64,000 nt of DNA from Trueperaceae bacterium (GTDB taxonomy: Bacteria > Deinococcota > Deinococci > Deinococcales > Trueperaceae), in NCBI GenBank assembly GCA_965213925.1, contig OZ243927.1, positions 1,856,001 through 1,920,000 on the forward strand, read 5' to 3'. The translations under genes were made by a program, and so were the position numbers. The notes beneath the pieces are model-generated. The model had not been told where the DNA came from. It searched no databases and saw only the letters and a program-made list of their open reading frames with translations. Positions 30,148 through 40,588 of this stretch are shown here, piece by piece. How positions within the stretch are numbered: the first letter of the stretch is position 1; every line of letters starts with the position of its first letter.

Positions 30148-31732
30148 CTAGTCTCCAAACTCGAATTCAGCTACGTCTTGTCCCTTTTCTATAGCGCCCA
30201 AGTCGGGGGCGGGACCGGCGTAGGGTAGGTCAACCCTTGCGCCCGCGTTTATCGCGGGGCTGCCCTCTTCTAAACGTAAGAAGTCTGGCGAGTCGGGGTT
30301 TAAGCTTTTGAATTCGGGGTCACGAATACCTAAGTTCCAGGTGTTGTTGCTGTGCTCGTCCTCGTCGCCGTAGGCGAGGTCGGGGTCTTTATAGCTGATG
30401 TTGTTTTTGGCGACGTTGGGTTTACCGTCCGCTCTAAACATGAAGCCGTTTCGACCTGCTTGCCAAGAGGTGTTGTGTAGGAGCGTGATGCCGCCGCCGC
30501 CGTTCGTGTAGAAGTTGTCTACACGGTTTTTATAGGCGATGTTGTAGCGCACGGTGGTGTTGCTGTTTTTACTATATCGTCCCTCACGACTGCCCAGTTT
30601 GAAGCCCGCCCCGTCTCCCGACGAACCACGCCCGTTCTCGTGGGAGATGCAAAACTCGACCAGGGTATTTCTGCTCTGCCAGATGTCGGTGCCGTCATCC
30701 GAATTGTTGTAGGTGTGGCAGTTGCGGATGACGTTGGCGTTACCGGAAGCGAGTTTGATGCCGTCAGCGCTGTCGCCGCCATTTTGCTCGCTGTAGTTGC
30801 TGTGCGAGACGACGCCCTCGAGCAGGTTGTAGTCCCCTAAAATATAGACGCCGTCGGAGTGGTTTTCATAAGACAAGGACGTTCCTAACGACGTTGTGGT
30901 CGCCTTCTAGGTGCAAGGAGCGGCCCGCGCTGTGCCGAAAGGTGAGGTTTTGTACGACGTACCATTCGATCTCCTCGAGCCTAAAAAGCGCTGGGTAGGC
31001 TGTCGACTCCGTGTCGGACCAATGCTCCTCGCTGCCGTCGATAACAGCCATCTCGCCCGGATAGCTTTCGATGGTGATGGGAGCTTCCCGCGTGCCGCTA
31101 GCGATCTCGAACGACGTACCGTTCACGTACTCCTTGTACACGCCTTCGCGGAGCTGTATCCGCTCACCGGCTTGAGCGACGCTGAGCGCTTTGGCGACGG
31201 TGCCGAAAGGTCGGTCGACGCTGCCGTCCGCCTCGTCGGAGCCGTCCGTAGCGACGTAGTAGTCCGCTTTGAACGCCACCTGGACGCCCTCGGCGACGAA
31301 CGCCGCGGAGAGCGTCCGGCGAAAGCCGGACGCCAGCGTGACCTTCGCAGTGACGATGTTCTCGCGGCGGTCTAAGTCATCTACATTGAAGGGGTAAGCC
31401 CCCTGCTCTTTGCTGCCCGCGAAGTCGAAGGGGGCGACCGACTCGACCTGGAGGGGGCTGAGCGCCTCGCTATCGTTGAGGTAGAAAGCGACCTCTTCGA
31501 CGCTTCCAGCGCCACCTAAAAGCGCGGGCTCGAGGAAGATATAAACCTCGCCCGAGAGCGCTGCGCCCTCTAAAGGTTGCGCGTTCTCTCGTTCCGGCGA
31601 GGTGCTCACCGCGAGCGCGGCGCTCGTTGGGACCGAAGCCTCTGACGGCGCGGCCCGTGTGTCCGGACGCTCCTGAGCTAGCAAGAGTGGGACGACGGCT
31701 AAGAGAAAGGACGTTGCTAGGGAAAGTTTCAT
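30148..31732 (-). pseudogene. Secreted right-handed beta-helix protein (PL9 pectate-lyase-like), split by a 1-bp frameshift near 30877
   Basis: YYVATDGSD...PFGT N-terminus in one ORF; NSDDGTD, GDGAGFKLG and SPAINAG..APDLGA in the overlapping ORF. Confidence 0.75.
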
Positions 31733-31866
31733 CGTTTGCTAGCCTAGCACGCGAACGTGAAATCCTTTGGTAAGTTTTGCCTTTAGACAGCTTTAATTTA
31801 GTTTGAAGCACATTTGATTAACGTCGTCGCTACCACACCTCGGAGAACGCACTGCGAAGCTGCGTT

Positions 31867-32895
31867 TTAGTTTTGCAGGCGTGGTGGGGCCTTCATGAGG
31901 TCTTCGATGGTCTTCGCGAGCGCGCCCGCATCCGCGACGCGCCGCACGAGGACCTGGTCGCGGCGGGCTCCTTTCTTTTCGTATATCTTGAGCCCGTCGA
32001 TGACGAGACGCTTGGTGTCGTTTTCGCGAAAGACGTTGCCGACGCCGCGCACCGCCTGGAGCACTGCGCATTGGTCCCACGAGGGACGCGACCTACGCTT
32101 GGAGCCGTAGAACTTCCTGTACGCTTGACCGACGGGGTTGTCACCGCTCAGGCGTTTACCCGTTCGCACGTCGCGGCAAACCTCGCCGTTTTGAAAGGCG
32201 ATTTTGGTAGGCCAGGAGCGCACGAGTTCTCGAGCGTTCGCCGATGACTTAGCTGGACCGCCCGTTAGGTTAAAGTCTCTTTTTTCCGAGGCTCCACCCA
32301 TCACCACGACCTCTTTGACCTTTTGCACCACCAGCTCACGCCCTCCTAATGGCGACACTTCATCGGGTTCGCTGCGGAGCAGTTCGGCGAGATTTTCAGG
32401 AAAGCCGGTGACGACGACCGTAACGGAGCGGTCGGGTTGTTCGCTGAGCACGCGGCGGTAGTTAGCGGTCGCCGAAGGAACGGTCTCGGTAGCTGTATCG
32501 TGGTCAAAACGTTTGTTCAGATAGACGTTGAACCGGTGCTGTGAGTCGTTCCAGTAGGGCGCGGCGGTCCGCCACACGTCGGGTCCTTGCCTGTTCTGCC
32601 CGATAGGAATGTCCGGTCTGCCGTAATAGGTATTGACCGCGTCGATCGCGCCCGGCGTATGCGGGTCGAGTACCACCGAATTGACCCCGACGATCTCGGC
32701 TTCGTGCCTGTCTGCCAAAGCGTGCAGCAGGGCGAGCGCCCCCACGTCGTCAACGTCGAAACCAAAGTCAGTGTCGAAGAAGATGCGCGGCGCTTCGTCT
32801 CTCGTCTCTACGATTTGCGACGGTTCGTCTGTTTGCGAGCAGGCTGCAAGGAGGGCAAAGCATAGCGTAAGGGAGAGGAGTTTCGGAGAATGCAT
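31867..32895 (-). CDS. Nucleoside-hydrolase-fold lipoprotein
   Basis: Lipobox LLAAC; DTDFGFDVDD, VVMGG and SWD motifs. Confidence 0.85.
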   Translation of the reverse strand: MHSPKLLSLTLCFALLAACSQTDEPSQIVETRDEAPRIFFDTDFGFDVDDVGALALLHALADRHEAEIVGVNSVVLDPHTPGAIDAVNTYYGRPDIPIGQNRQGPDVWRTAAPYWNDSQHRFNVYLNKRFDHDTATETVPSATANYRRVLSEQPDRSVTVVVTGFPENLAELLRSEPDEVSPLGGRELVVQKVKEVVVMGGASEKRDFNLTGGPAKSSANARELVRSWPTKIAFQNGEVCRDVRTGKRLSGDNPVGQAYRKFYGSKRRSRPSWDQCAVLQAVRGVGNVFRENDTKRLVIDGLKIYEKKGARRDQVLVRRVADAGALAKTIEDLMKAPPRLQN

Positions 32896-33065
32896 GACGT
32901 GAGCCTTTCAGAGGATTCAGTTGCGCGAGGGTCGGGCGGTGCGTAAACCGGAATAACCCAGTGGAGGGTAGGCCGACGCACTCGGCTCATCAACATCGTA
33001 CTTCATGAGCCTATTCCTTCATTATCTTAATTCTTATTTGTGAGAGCTTACTAATCTTGCTTCTA

Positions 33066-34060
33066 ATAGCACTTCCACGACTCATTGAGACAGATAGCCG
33101 CAATGTTCAAAGGCGTTTTGAGCGTCGTCTTGAGTAACTGTAAGCACAGCGTCTTCAAAGGCTTGCTTGAGCTCAGGTACGGTGTCGGCGCGTTGCTTTT
33201 TGAGCCAGGCTTTGATCTTAGCGAAGAGATGCTCGATAGGATTGAAGTCAGGGGAGTAGGTGGGCAGGTAAAGCAACTCGCACTCAGCGTCCTCAATCAG
33301 TTCTCTCACCTTATGGTTGTGGTGGATGGTGAAGTTATCCATGATGACGATCTGTCCAGCTTTGAGTGTCGGTACAAGCGAGTGTTCGATGTACGTTAAG
33401 AACGCGGCTCTATCGACACTTCTGTCAAAGACAAGGCAGGCTCGGGGGTTCATGCCCTGCGTACTCACTGCGGCGATGAGACTCACTTTACCTTTGCGCC
33501 TTTTCGGAGCCGTGTCTTCTATCCTTGCGCCACCCACGATGCGGGCGTAAAGTCTCGTCAAGCCCAACCAGCCCCCTGCTTCATCGACGAACACCAAGCG
33601 GCTTGCCGCCTCTTTCAGCGTCGCCTCTAGCCAAGCCTGTCGCGCTTCATCATCACCTTCACTCGGACGTAAAGTCTTTTTTTCTCCTTACACCCAAGCG
33701 AGCAAAGTAGTTCGCAATACTCGACTTCTTGAGACTCACGCCCTGTTCTTCGTAAAACAGTGCAGCGTGCTCTTCTAAGCTCGCGTCACTGTTCTCTTCT
33801 AGTTGCTCTAGCAGCTTTTGGCGTAGCTCAGCGCTCAAGCGTTGCTTCTGTCCTGGATGTCTTTTCGCCTTCACACTACCTTGCTTCTCTAACTCGAGGT
33901 AGCGATACACACTTGCACGGCTGACCTTGTAACGTTCAGCTACCGCAACTTTATCTAGCTTCTCGACTTTCACCGCTTTGACAATTCGCTCTCTTAAATC
34001 GACTGAGTACGCTCGCATTCTCTAGCTTACCTCTGTCTCAATGTCTTTTGGAAGTGCTAT
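33066..34060 (-). mobile_element. IS630-family insertion sequence
   Basis: Terminal IRs ATAGCACTTCCA...CATTGAGACA at both ends with TA dinucleotides; encloses a split transposase. Confidence 0.93.
33082..34018 (-). CDS. IS630 transposase (HTH ORF plus DDE ORF joined by a -1 frameshift at AAAAAAAG, 33676-33683)
   Basis: MRAYSVDLR N-terminus; VFVDE, IMDN..H and LPTYSPDFNPIE catalytic motifs; -1 frame reads KKTLRPSE... continuously into the DDE domain. Confidence 0.93.
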
Positions 34061-34290
34061 AAGGTTGGCCTCATATATTTGCGGAGATTACAAAACTGTA
34101 CTCGCGAACTGCGTAGAACTTGAAGAAAACCTAGACTTGAAGAAAACCTTTCGCCAGCTTGATTCGTAGGACTAACGGAATACTCCCTACAACCCTCGAG
34201 CCTGAAAACAGAACTCGAGAAGGCGGAAGCGTGATGTGAATTCCGACCGATTCGCCTTCGTGCGAACCAATCTGAGCGAAATTCATATGA

Positions 34291-34319
34291 GAGGGGCTCG
34301 AGTCTGACTCGAGCCCCTC
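34291..34319. terminator. Stem-loop downstream of glgP
   Basis: GAGGGGCTCGAGTC/GACTCGAGCCCCTC. Confidence 0.65.
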
Positions 34320-34352
34320 CAAAACACCCTCTTCGAAACTTGAAAGTGCAGC

Positions 34353-36899
34353 TTACGCCCAGCGGATGCTATGCGCGTCGAACGCATTCACGAGGTGCTC
34401 GTGTACCGGATAGACCCGTACGCCGTAAGCCAAGCGGCCGCTGATTTCGGGCTTGAAACTCGTGCGGTACAAACTGCCGCCGTCGGCGTAAGACTCGACG
34501 CACTCCAAGGGCACTTTGCGCAGGTTGTGCTTGAGTTCGTCGGCTTCAGGGCTGTAGACGAGTTCGACCCGCAAGTCGGACGCCTCTAACTCTTTGGTGT
34601 TTAAGACCGCTTCAACCGTAATGGCGTCGCCGATATTTGCGGTGTGCTCACTCGCGGCTTTCGCAGTGAAGTAGAGCGTGTGCCAGCTTCTCTGAACGTG
34701 CCGCCGCCACTCGGCGAGGTCGGCGGCCGCTGCAAAGTCGCCCTCTTCCATCACCTCCGTACGCTCCGAGCCGGGCGCGTAGAACTTGGTCACATAATCC
34801 TTGACCATGCGCTGCGCGTTGAAGTTCGGGCTCACCGTGGCGATCGCGTCTTTCGAGCGCTCCAGCCACGCCTGCGGCAAACCGTTCTCGTCACGCTCGT
34901 AGTAGAGCGGCACGACTTCGCGTTCCAAGAGGTCGTAAAGCGCGTCCGCGTCCGCGGCGTCGGCTTGCTCGGGGTCGGTGATGTTTCGGCCCGCGCCGAT
35001 CGCCCAGCCGTTCTGACCGTCGAAGCCTTCGGGCCACCAGCCGTCTAGGATGCTCAGGTTCAAAACGCCGTTCATCGCCGCCTTTTGCCCGCTCGTGCCT
35101 GACGCCTCCAGAGGGCGACGCGGGTTATTGAGCCAAACGTCCACGCCCCTCGTGATGGCGCGACCTACCGCCATGTCGTAGTCCTCGATGAAGATGATCT
35201 TGCCCTTGAAACGCGGGTCATTGGAGAGGTTCTGAATCTTTTCGATGAGTTCTTGTCCCGGCTTATCGGCGGGGTGCGCTTTGCCCGAGAAGACGAGTTG
35301 CACGGGCTTGTCGTGGTTATTAAGGATGCGCGCTAAACGGTCTAAGTCCCTGAAGATTAGCGTGGCGCGTTTGTAGGTCGCAAAGCGGCGCGCAAAGCCG
35401 ATGGTCAGTGCGTTCTGGTCGAAGAGCGTGTCTAAAGCGCGGACATCCGAGGGGCTCGCGCCGTGGCGCTCTAACTGCGTGTGCAGGCGGCGTCTAAAAA
35501 AGTCGATGGTCTGCTCGTTGAGCGTTCGCCGCGCTTCCCAGAGCTTCGCGTTATCGATCTCTTTCGCGCCTTGCCACATCTCGGCGTCGTCTAGGCGGCT
35601 CAGCCAGTCGTCTGGTAAGACCTCTCGGGTCAGGTTACGGATTTCGGGGGAAACCCAGGTCGCCGCGTGCACGCCATTAGTGATGTGGTCAATCGGCACC
35701 TCTTCGGTGGGCACCTCGGGCCAGAGGTCGTTCCAGATGCGCCGAGAGGTCTCGCCGTGCAGCTCGGCGACGCCGTTGCGGCCGCTCGAGAAGCGGAGCG
35801 CCAGCGCGGGCATACTGAAGACCGGTCCCCAGCCGTGGTCGTGGCGGGCGAGGTCGAAAAACTGCTGCTGCGAAAGCCCTAAAGAGCCCCAGTAGCCGCT
35901 GAAAAAGTGCGTGATGAGTTCGAAGGGGAAGGCGTCGTTGCCCGCCGCGACGGGCGTATGAACGGTGAAGTTCGTCCCTGCGACCACCGCCTCGCGCGCC
36001 TGGTCGAAGCTCACGCCGCCCTCGACGAGTTCGCGGCAGCGCTCTAGGGGCATAAAGGCGCTGTGCCCTTCGTTCATGTGCCAGGCGGTCGGCTCGACAC
36101 CTAACGCGCGCAAGAGGCGCACGCCGCCGATGCCCAAAATAATCTCCTGCGCGATGCGCGTGCGCTGGTCGCCGCCATAAAGCCGCGCCAAAAGTGCCCG
36201 GTCTTCGGGGCTATTTTCGGGTACGTTGGTGTCGAGCAAGTAGACCTTGACCGCGCCGACTGACAGGAGCCACGCTCTCAGCTCGACCTCGCGGCTATGG
36301 AGCGTCACACGGACGCGCACCTCGTTGCCCGCGTCGTCATGGACGGGCTTAAAGGGCATTTCGCTCGGGCTGAGGCGTTCGTAGACCGCTTCTTGCTTGC
36401 CGTCCGCGCCGACCTGCTGGTGGAAGTAGCCTTCGGGGTACCAGAGCCCGACCGCCACGAGCGGGACGCCCAAGTCAGAGGCGGCTTTCGTGTGGTCGCC
36501 CGCCAAGATACCTAAGCCGCCCGAGTAAAGCGCCACCGCTTCGTGCCAGCCGTATTCGGCGCAGAAGTAGGCGTAGACGTGCTCCGAATCCGCCCCGTAG
36601 GTCTGCTTAAACCAGCTTTGGGGCGAGTCTAGGTAGGCGTCGAAGGCTTGGATGACATCGTCGTAGAGCGCCAAATATTCTTCGTTTTTCACGGCGGCCT
36701 CGAGCTTGCTCTGGTCGATGTCGCGCAGCATCGTCACCGGGCTATGCCCCACGCGCTCCCACAGTTCGCGGTCTAAACGCCTAAATACGCGCCGCGCGTC
36801 GGGTCGCCAGGTCCAGTAGAGGTTGTGCGCCAACTCGTCTAGGCGTTCGATGCGTTCGGGCAGATCGGGCAGGACAGTCACACGTCCTAAGACATTCAT
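34353..36899 (-). CDS. glgP: Alpha-glucan (glycogen) phosphorylase
   Basis: YSGGLGILAGD, HMNEGH, FARRFATYKR and EASGTSGQKAAMNG motifs; GAGGAG SD before ATG 36899. Confidence 0.97.
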   Translation of the reverse strand: MNVLGRVTVLPDLPERIERLDELAHNLYWTWRPDARRVFRRLDRELWERVGHSPVTMLRDIDQSKLEAAVKNEEYLALYDDVIQAFDAYLDSPQSWFKQTYGADSEHVYAYFCAEYGWHEAVALYSGGLGILAGDHTKAASDLGVPLVAVGLWYPEGYFHQQVGADGKQEAVYERLSPSEMPFKPVHDDAGNEVRVRVTLHSREVELRAWLLSVGAVKVYLLDTNVPENSPEDRALLARLYGGDQRTRIAQEIILGIGGVRLLRALGVEPTAWHMNEGHSAFMPLERCRELVEGGVSFDQAREAVVAGTNFTVHTPVAAGNDAFPFELITHFFSGYWGSLGLSQQQFFDLARHDHGWGPVFSMPALALRFSSGRNGVAELHGETSRRIWNDLWPEVPTEEVPIDHITNGVHAATWVSPEIRNLTREVLPDDWLSRLDDAEMWQGAKEIDNAKLWEARRTLNEQTIDFFRRRLHTQLERHGASPSDVRALDTLFDQNALTIGFARRFATYKRATLIFRDLDRLARILNNHDKPVQLVFSGKAHPADKPGQELIEKIQNLSNDPRFKGKIIFIEDYDMAVGRAITRGVDVWLNNPRRPLEASGTSGQKAAMNGVLNLSILDGWWPEGFDGQNGWAIGAGRNITDPEQADAADADALYDLLEREVVPLYYERDENGLPQAWLERSKDAIATVSPNFNAQRMVKDYVTKFYAPGSERTEVMEEGDFAAAADLAEWRRHVQRSWHTLYFTAKAASEHTANIGDAITVEAVLNTKELEASDLRVELVYSPEADELKHNLRKVPLECVESYADGGSLYRTSFKPEISGRLAYGVRVYPVHEHLVNAFDAHSIRWA

Positions 36900-37198
36900 A
36901 AAAACTCCTCGGTTCGCTCTGGGTTGCAGGGACAGATTGCAGGGACAGGGGGAACGATCAATCAATATTGAAATTTACCACTCTTTAGAAGGTGTTGCCT
37001 AGAGAAAAGTGCCTCATTTAAGCTGTTCACACGGGTACTTTTGTGGTTCTAAGTGAATAGAACGCACCTGCCCCATCTTTTCCCCTCGCATCTTATACCG
37101 AAGACGCGGCGAAACAGCAAGAGAGCGTACACCTTTTTCCTACCCAAGCGCATCCAGTTGACGACACCAGCGCCTAAAGTAAGACAGAATAGAGGCTA

Positions 37199-38800
37199 GT
37201 GATTCCTTCGACGCGCCCCCAACCTCACAAGCAGCCGCGCAAACGCGCTCGAACCCGGCGGTGGCCGCCCCTTATCGTGCTCGTGCCGAGCGTGGTCGTG
37301 GCTGCGTCGGTGCTCCTGCCGCTCGTCTACCTCGTGCTGCGCTCTTTCGAGGCGGGCGAGGGCGTGTGGTCTTTCGTCTTACGTCCGCGCACGCTGGGCG
37401 TCGTGTGGCGCAGTTTAACGCTCGCCTTCTGCGTGACGACGGCGAGTCTGGCGCTCGCTCTGCCTATCGCTTGGCTGACCTTGCGCACCGACTTAGCGCT
37501 GCGGCGACTCTGGTTCGTCCTGAGCGTGTTGCCGCTCGTAATCCCCAGCTTCGTGGGCGCGTTCGCGCTCGTCTCGGCGTTCGCGCCCGGCGGACTTGTC
37601 ACGACTTGGCTTCCTTTCGACCTGCCGAGCCCTTACGGGTTCTGGGGCGCGTTCGCCGTGCTCACGCTCTTTAACTACCCCTACATGCTCCTGGCGATCC
37701 GGAGCGGTCTGCGCGGGCTCGACCCGAGTTTGGAGGAGGCGGCGCGGAGCTTGGGGCGAGGACGCACGCGCACGTTTTTAGAGGTGACGCTGCCGCACCT
37801 TCGCCCCGCGATCGCTGCGGGTGCGCTCCTCGTCTCGCTCTACGTTCTGTCGGACTTCGGCGCGGTCTCGATGCTGCGCGTGGAGACCTTTACCCAGGCG
37901 ATCTACATTCAGTACAAAGGCTCCTTCAACCGCGCCAACGCCGCTGTTTTAGGGTTGATGCTCGTCTCGCTCATCGGGATAGTGATGCTCGTAGACGCCG
38001 CCGTGCGCGGACGCTCCCGCTTAGACAGGCTCGGCTCAGGGGCGGCGCGAAAGCCCGCGCTCGTCAAACTCGGCGCGTGGCAAGGACCGGCGCAGCTCTT
38101 TCTAGGAAGTGTGACGCTCGCCGCGCTCGTCTCGCCCTTGTCGGTCATGGTGGTGTGGTTCTTGCGGGGTTTACGGAGCGGACAGGCGTTCAGCGTCGAA
38201 CTCGCGCCTATCTGGAACGCGGTCAGCGTGTCGCTCGCTGCGGCGCTCCTCACGAGTCTTGCGGCGGTGCCTATCGCGGTTTTAGCGGTGCGCTTTCCCT
38301 CTAAGCTCAGCGCGTCCTTAGAGCGCTTAACTTACGTCGGCTACGCGCTCCCCGGCATCGTCGTGGCGCTCTCTTTAGTCTTCTTCGGCGCACGCTACGC
38401 GCCCTGGCTCTACCAGACACGCGCTATGCTCGTCTTCGCCTACGCGGTGCTCTTCTTGCCGCAAGCGGTGGGCAACGTGCGGGCGACGCTCCTGCAGGTC
38501 AATCCGCATTTAGAAGAGGCGGCGCGGAGCTTGGGGCGAGGACGCACGCGCACGCTTTTAGAGGTGACGCTGCCCCTCGTACGCAGCGGGCTCATCACGG
38601 GCGCGGCTATCGTCTTTCTGACGAGCATGAAGGAGTTGCCCGCCACGCTCCTCTTGAGCCCTATTGAATTCAACACGCTCGCCACGCGCATCTGGTCGTG
38701 GACCACGGAGGCGTTTTTCGCCCAAGCTGCACCCTACGCGCTGCTCTTGGTACTCGTGTCGTCGCTCTCGGTCGGTATTCTGCTGTCGCAAGAGGAGTAG
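37199..38800 (+). CDS. Iron(III)-type ABC transporter permease (FbpB-like)
   Basis: About 12 TM segments with two LEEAARSLG EAA motifs. Confidence 0.9.
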   Translation: MIPSTRPQPHKQPRKRARTRRWPPLIVLVPSVVVAASVLLPLVYLVLRSFEAGEGVWSFVLRPRTLGVVWRSLTLAFCVTTASLALALPIAWLTLRTDLALRRLWFVLSVLPLVIPSFVGAFALVSAFAPGGLVTTWLPFDLPSPYGFWGAFAVLTLFNYPYMLLAIRSGLRGLDPSLEEAARSLGRGRTRTFLEVTLPHLRPAIAAGALLVSLYVLSDFGAVSMLRVETFTQAIYIQYKGSFNRANAAVLGLMLVSLIGIVMLVDAAVRGRSRLDRLGSGAARKPALVKLGAWQGPAQLFLGSVTLAALVSPLSVMVVWFLRGLRSGQAFSVELAPIWNAVSVSLAAALLTSLAAVPIAVLAVRFPSKLSASLERLTYVGYALPGIVVALSLVFFGARYAPWLYQTRAMLVFAYAVLFLPQAVGNVRATLLQVNPHLEEAARSLGRGRTRTLLEVTLPLVRSGLITGAAIVFLTSMKELPATLLLSPIEFNTLATRIWSWTTEAFFAQAAPYALLLVLVSSLSVGILLSQEE

Positions 38801-38803
38801 CGC

Positions 38804-39623
38804 TCACACGACCTCAGATTCAAAATACGCCTCGAACAACTCGGGGTTAAACGAGCTTACCGAGACGATCTCCTGCACGACGATGATCACTTCGAAGTCG
38901 TGCGCGAGGGCGCTTATCTCACCTAGTCGGGCAGCGCGGCGGTAGACCTCTGCCATCATGTCCGCCTCGTCCATATCGGGGAACTCGAGCACGACCTCGT
39001 CGATGACCTCGGCGTAAATCTCCCGGATTCGCGCCTGGATGGAGGCGTGGGTCGCCTCGTAGTTGATATTTAAGGTGAGTTTGTGGGTCTTCTCGTCGCG
39101 GTAGCCACTACGCACCAAGCTCAGCCCGACGCTCTCGACGCGCCTAGCCGGGTTGATGGAGGTGATCACGCGCCCCACGTAGACTTTACCGGAGCGCAGG
39201 GTGATAGAGAGCAGCTTTTGCGTTTCCAGATGCTGAAAAAGCGTGATCTCTAAGGGGTCGCCCGCGCGCAGAATCTCTTTACGCTTCACCGCCTGGACGC
39301 GCAGCGCAGGAACGAAAAACCGGAGCAAGTTGAGCGGCCACCAGAGCGTCGCGCCCAAGAGAAAGCCGAGGACCGCCTGCGCTGAGTTCTGGATAGGGAC
39401 GAGGCTGTACCACCCGTCCAACACCTCCTGAAAAGGCGAAACGCCCCTTAGCGCTACGACTGAAAAGTGAGCGACGAGGAGAAAGACGCCGCCCGCTATG
39501 GAGGCGATGAGGACCAACTTGTAGCCCTGCAAGCGCTGAATTCGGTAGTAGAAGGGGTACCAGAGGCTGATAAAGATAAAGCCGCCCAAGAGGGGCCGGC
39601 AAGAAGAGGTTGACGCTCGGCAC
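38804..39623 (-). CDS. Hypothetical membrane protein; probable frameshift near 39595 separates the GTG start from the main ORF
   Basis: Main ORF 38804-39589 with TM segments and ITLRSGKVYVG; upstream frame MPSVNLFL.. joins to ..PLLGGFIF. Confidence 0.6.
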
Positions 39624-39817
39624 TAGTCAGAGGGATCCTGCTTAGCGGCTAGACGCTTCTGAATAAGCAGGCGTAAAGCTTGCGGTGGCATGACCGCAAC
39701 CGCACTTTCAACATAGGGCGTGCCTGAGCGGGTGAACTTGACCGGCACACAGTCGCGCTCCGACGTGCGTTCGCGCCTCGAGACGCCCGGTAGGGTGATA
39801 CTCGCCACGTGGTTCAC
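39623..39817 (-). CDS. Small hypothetical protein
   Basis: AAGGAG SD and TATACT upstream; abuts the next gene. Confidence 0.5.
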   Translation of the reverse strand: MNHVASITLPGVSRRERTSERDCVPVKFTRSGTPYVESAVAVMPPQALRLLIQKRLAAKQDPSD

Positions 39818-39868
39818 ACTCCTTAGCGCTAGTATAGCAGACCCCCTAGCAGACGCACACGCTCTAGG

Positions 39869-40570
39869 CTAGCGTCGCCCCGTCGGGTCCATCGGCGGCG
39901 CGTCGTAGAGAGGTCGCATGATCTCCGCTAAGTCGTCGCGGTCTTGATAGACGGTTCCGTGCAAGGGGCAAATGGTGCGAAGAGGTCGAGAAAAGGTGCG
40001 CCACTGCTCAGCGAGACGCTCCGTCATCGCTTCGGTCGGTCCGGGCGAGCGCTCCAAGCGCGGCGGCTCTTGGTCCTGGCGCGGTCCGGGTCCGACGGCA
40101 CAATCGCCCGCTAAGAGGACGCCGCCGTGTTCCGTCCAGTAAAGCATTACAGAGCCTGCCGTATGACCCGGAAAATGAACAACCTCCAAGCCCGACTTTC
40201 GCAGCACCTCGCTCTCCGCAGGATCATCAAAATCAACGCCCGACCTCTTTGCTTCAGGATGCGAAGCGTCATCCGGGTGGAGGAGGATGGGCAAGCCGTA
40301 CGCCTCTTGTAGCGCCTCGTAAGCGTCGCCTTGCCCCGCGACGTTGCGGTGAGAGAGGACGAGAACCTTGGGGGGATAACCTTTACTCGCTAAATCCTCA
40401 ACGCCTGAAAGCGTCCAGCTATAGGGCGCGTCGAAGAGGACGGAGTATCCCTCAAAGAGAAGGGCGAACGAGTTTGGGGGGCGTCCGCTGCCGCCCGTCG
40501 CCGCGCCTTTTTGGGGAAGCAGGATGAGATCGTTGTAGAGGGTTTGGCTGCCGGGGGAGAAGAAGTCCAT
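39869..40570 (-). CDS. Metallo-beta-lactamase-fold protein (degenerate metal motif)
   Basis: VLSHRNV, ILLHPDD, PGHTAGS, LLAGD and CPLHG motifs. Confidence 0.8.
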   Translation of the reverse strand: MDFFSPGSQTLYNDLILLPQKGAATGGSGRPPNSFALLFEGYSVLFDAPYSWTLSGVEDLASKGYPPKVLVLSHRNVAGQGDAYEALQEAYGLPILLHPDDASHPEAKRSGVDFDDPAESEVLRKSGLEVVHFPGHTAGSVMLYWTEHGGVLLAGDCAVGPGPRQDQEPPRLERSPGPTEAMTERLAEQWRTFSRPLRTICPLHGTVYQDRDDLAEIMRPLYDAPPMDPTGRR

Positions 40571-40588
40571 ACGTTCCTCTTTTCTAGG

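Noticed and set aside
34119..34150. Short direct repeat ACTTGAAGAAAACCT x2, and GCATGTGTAGGGGC x2 at 49321-49350
   Set aside because: Isolated two-copy slippage-type duplications with no further structure
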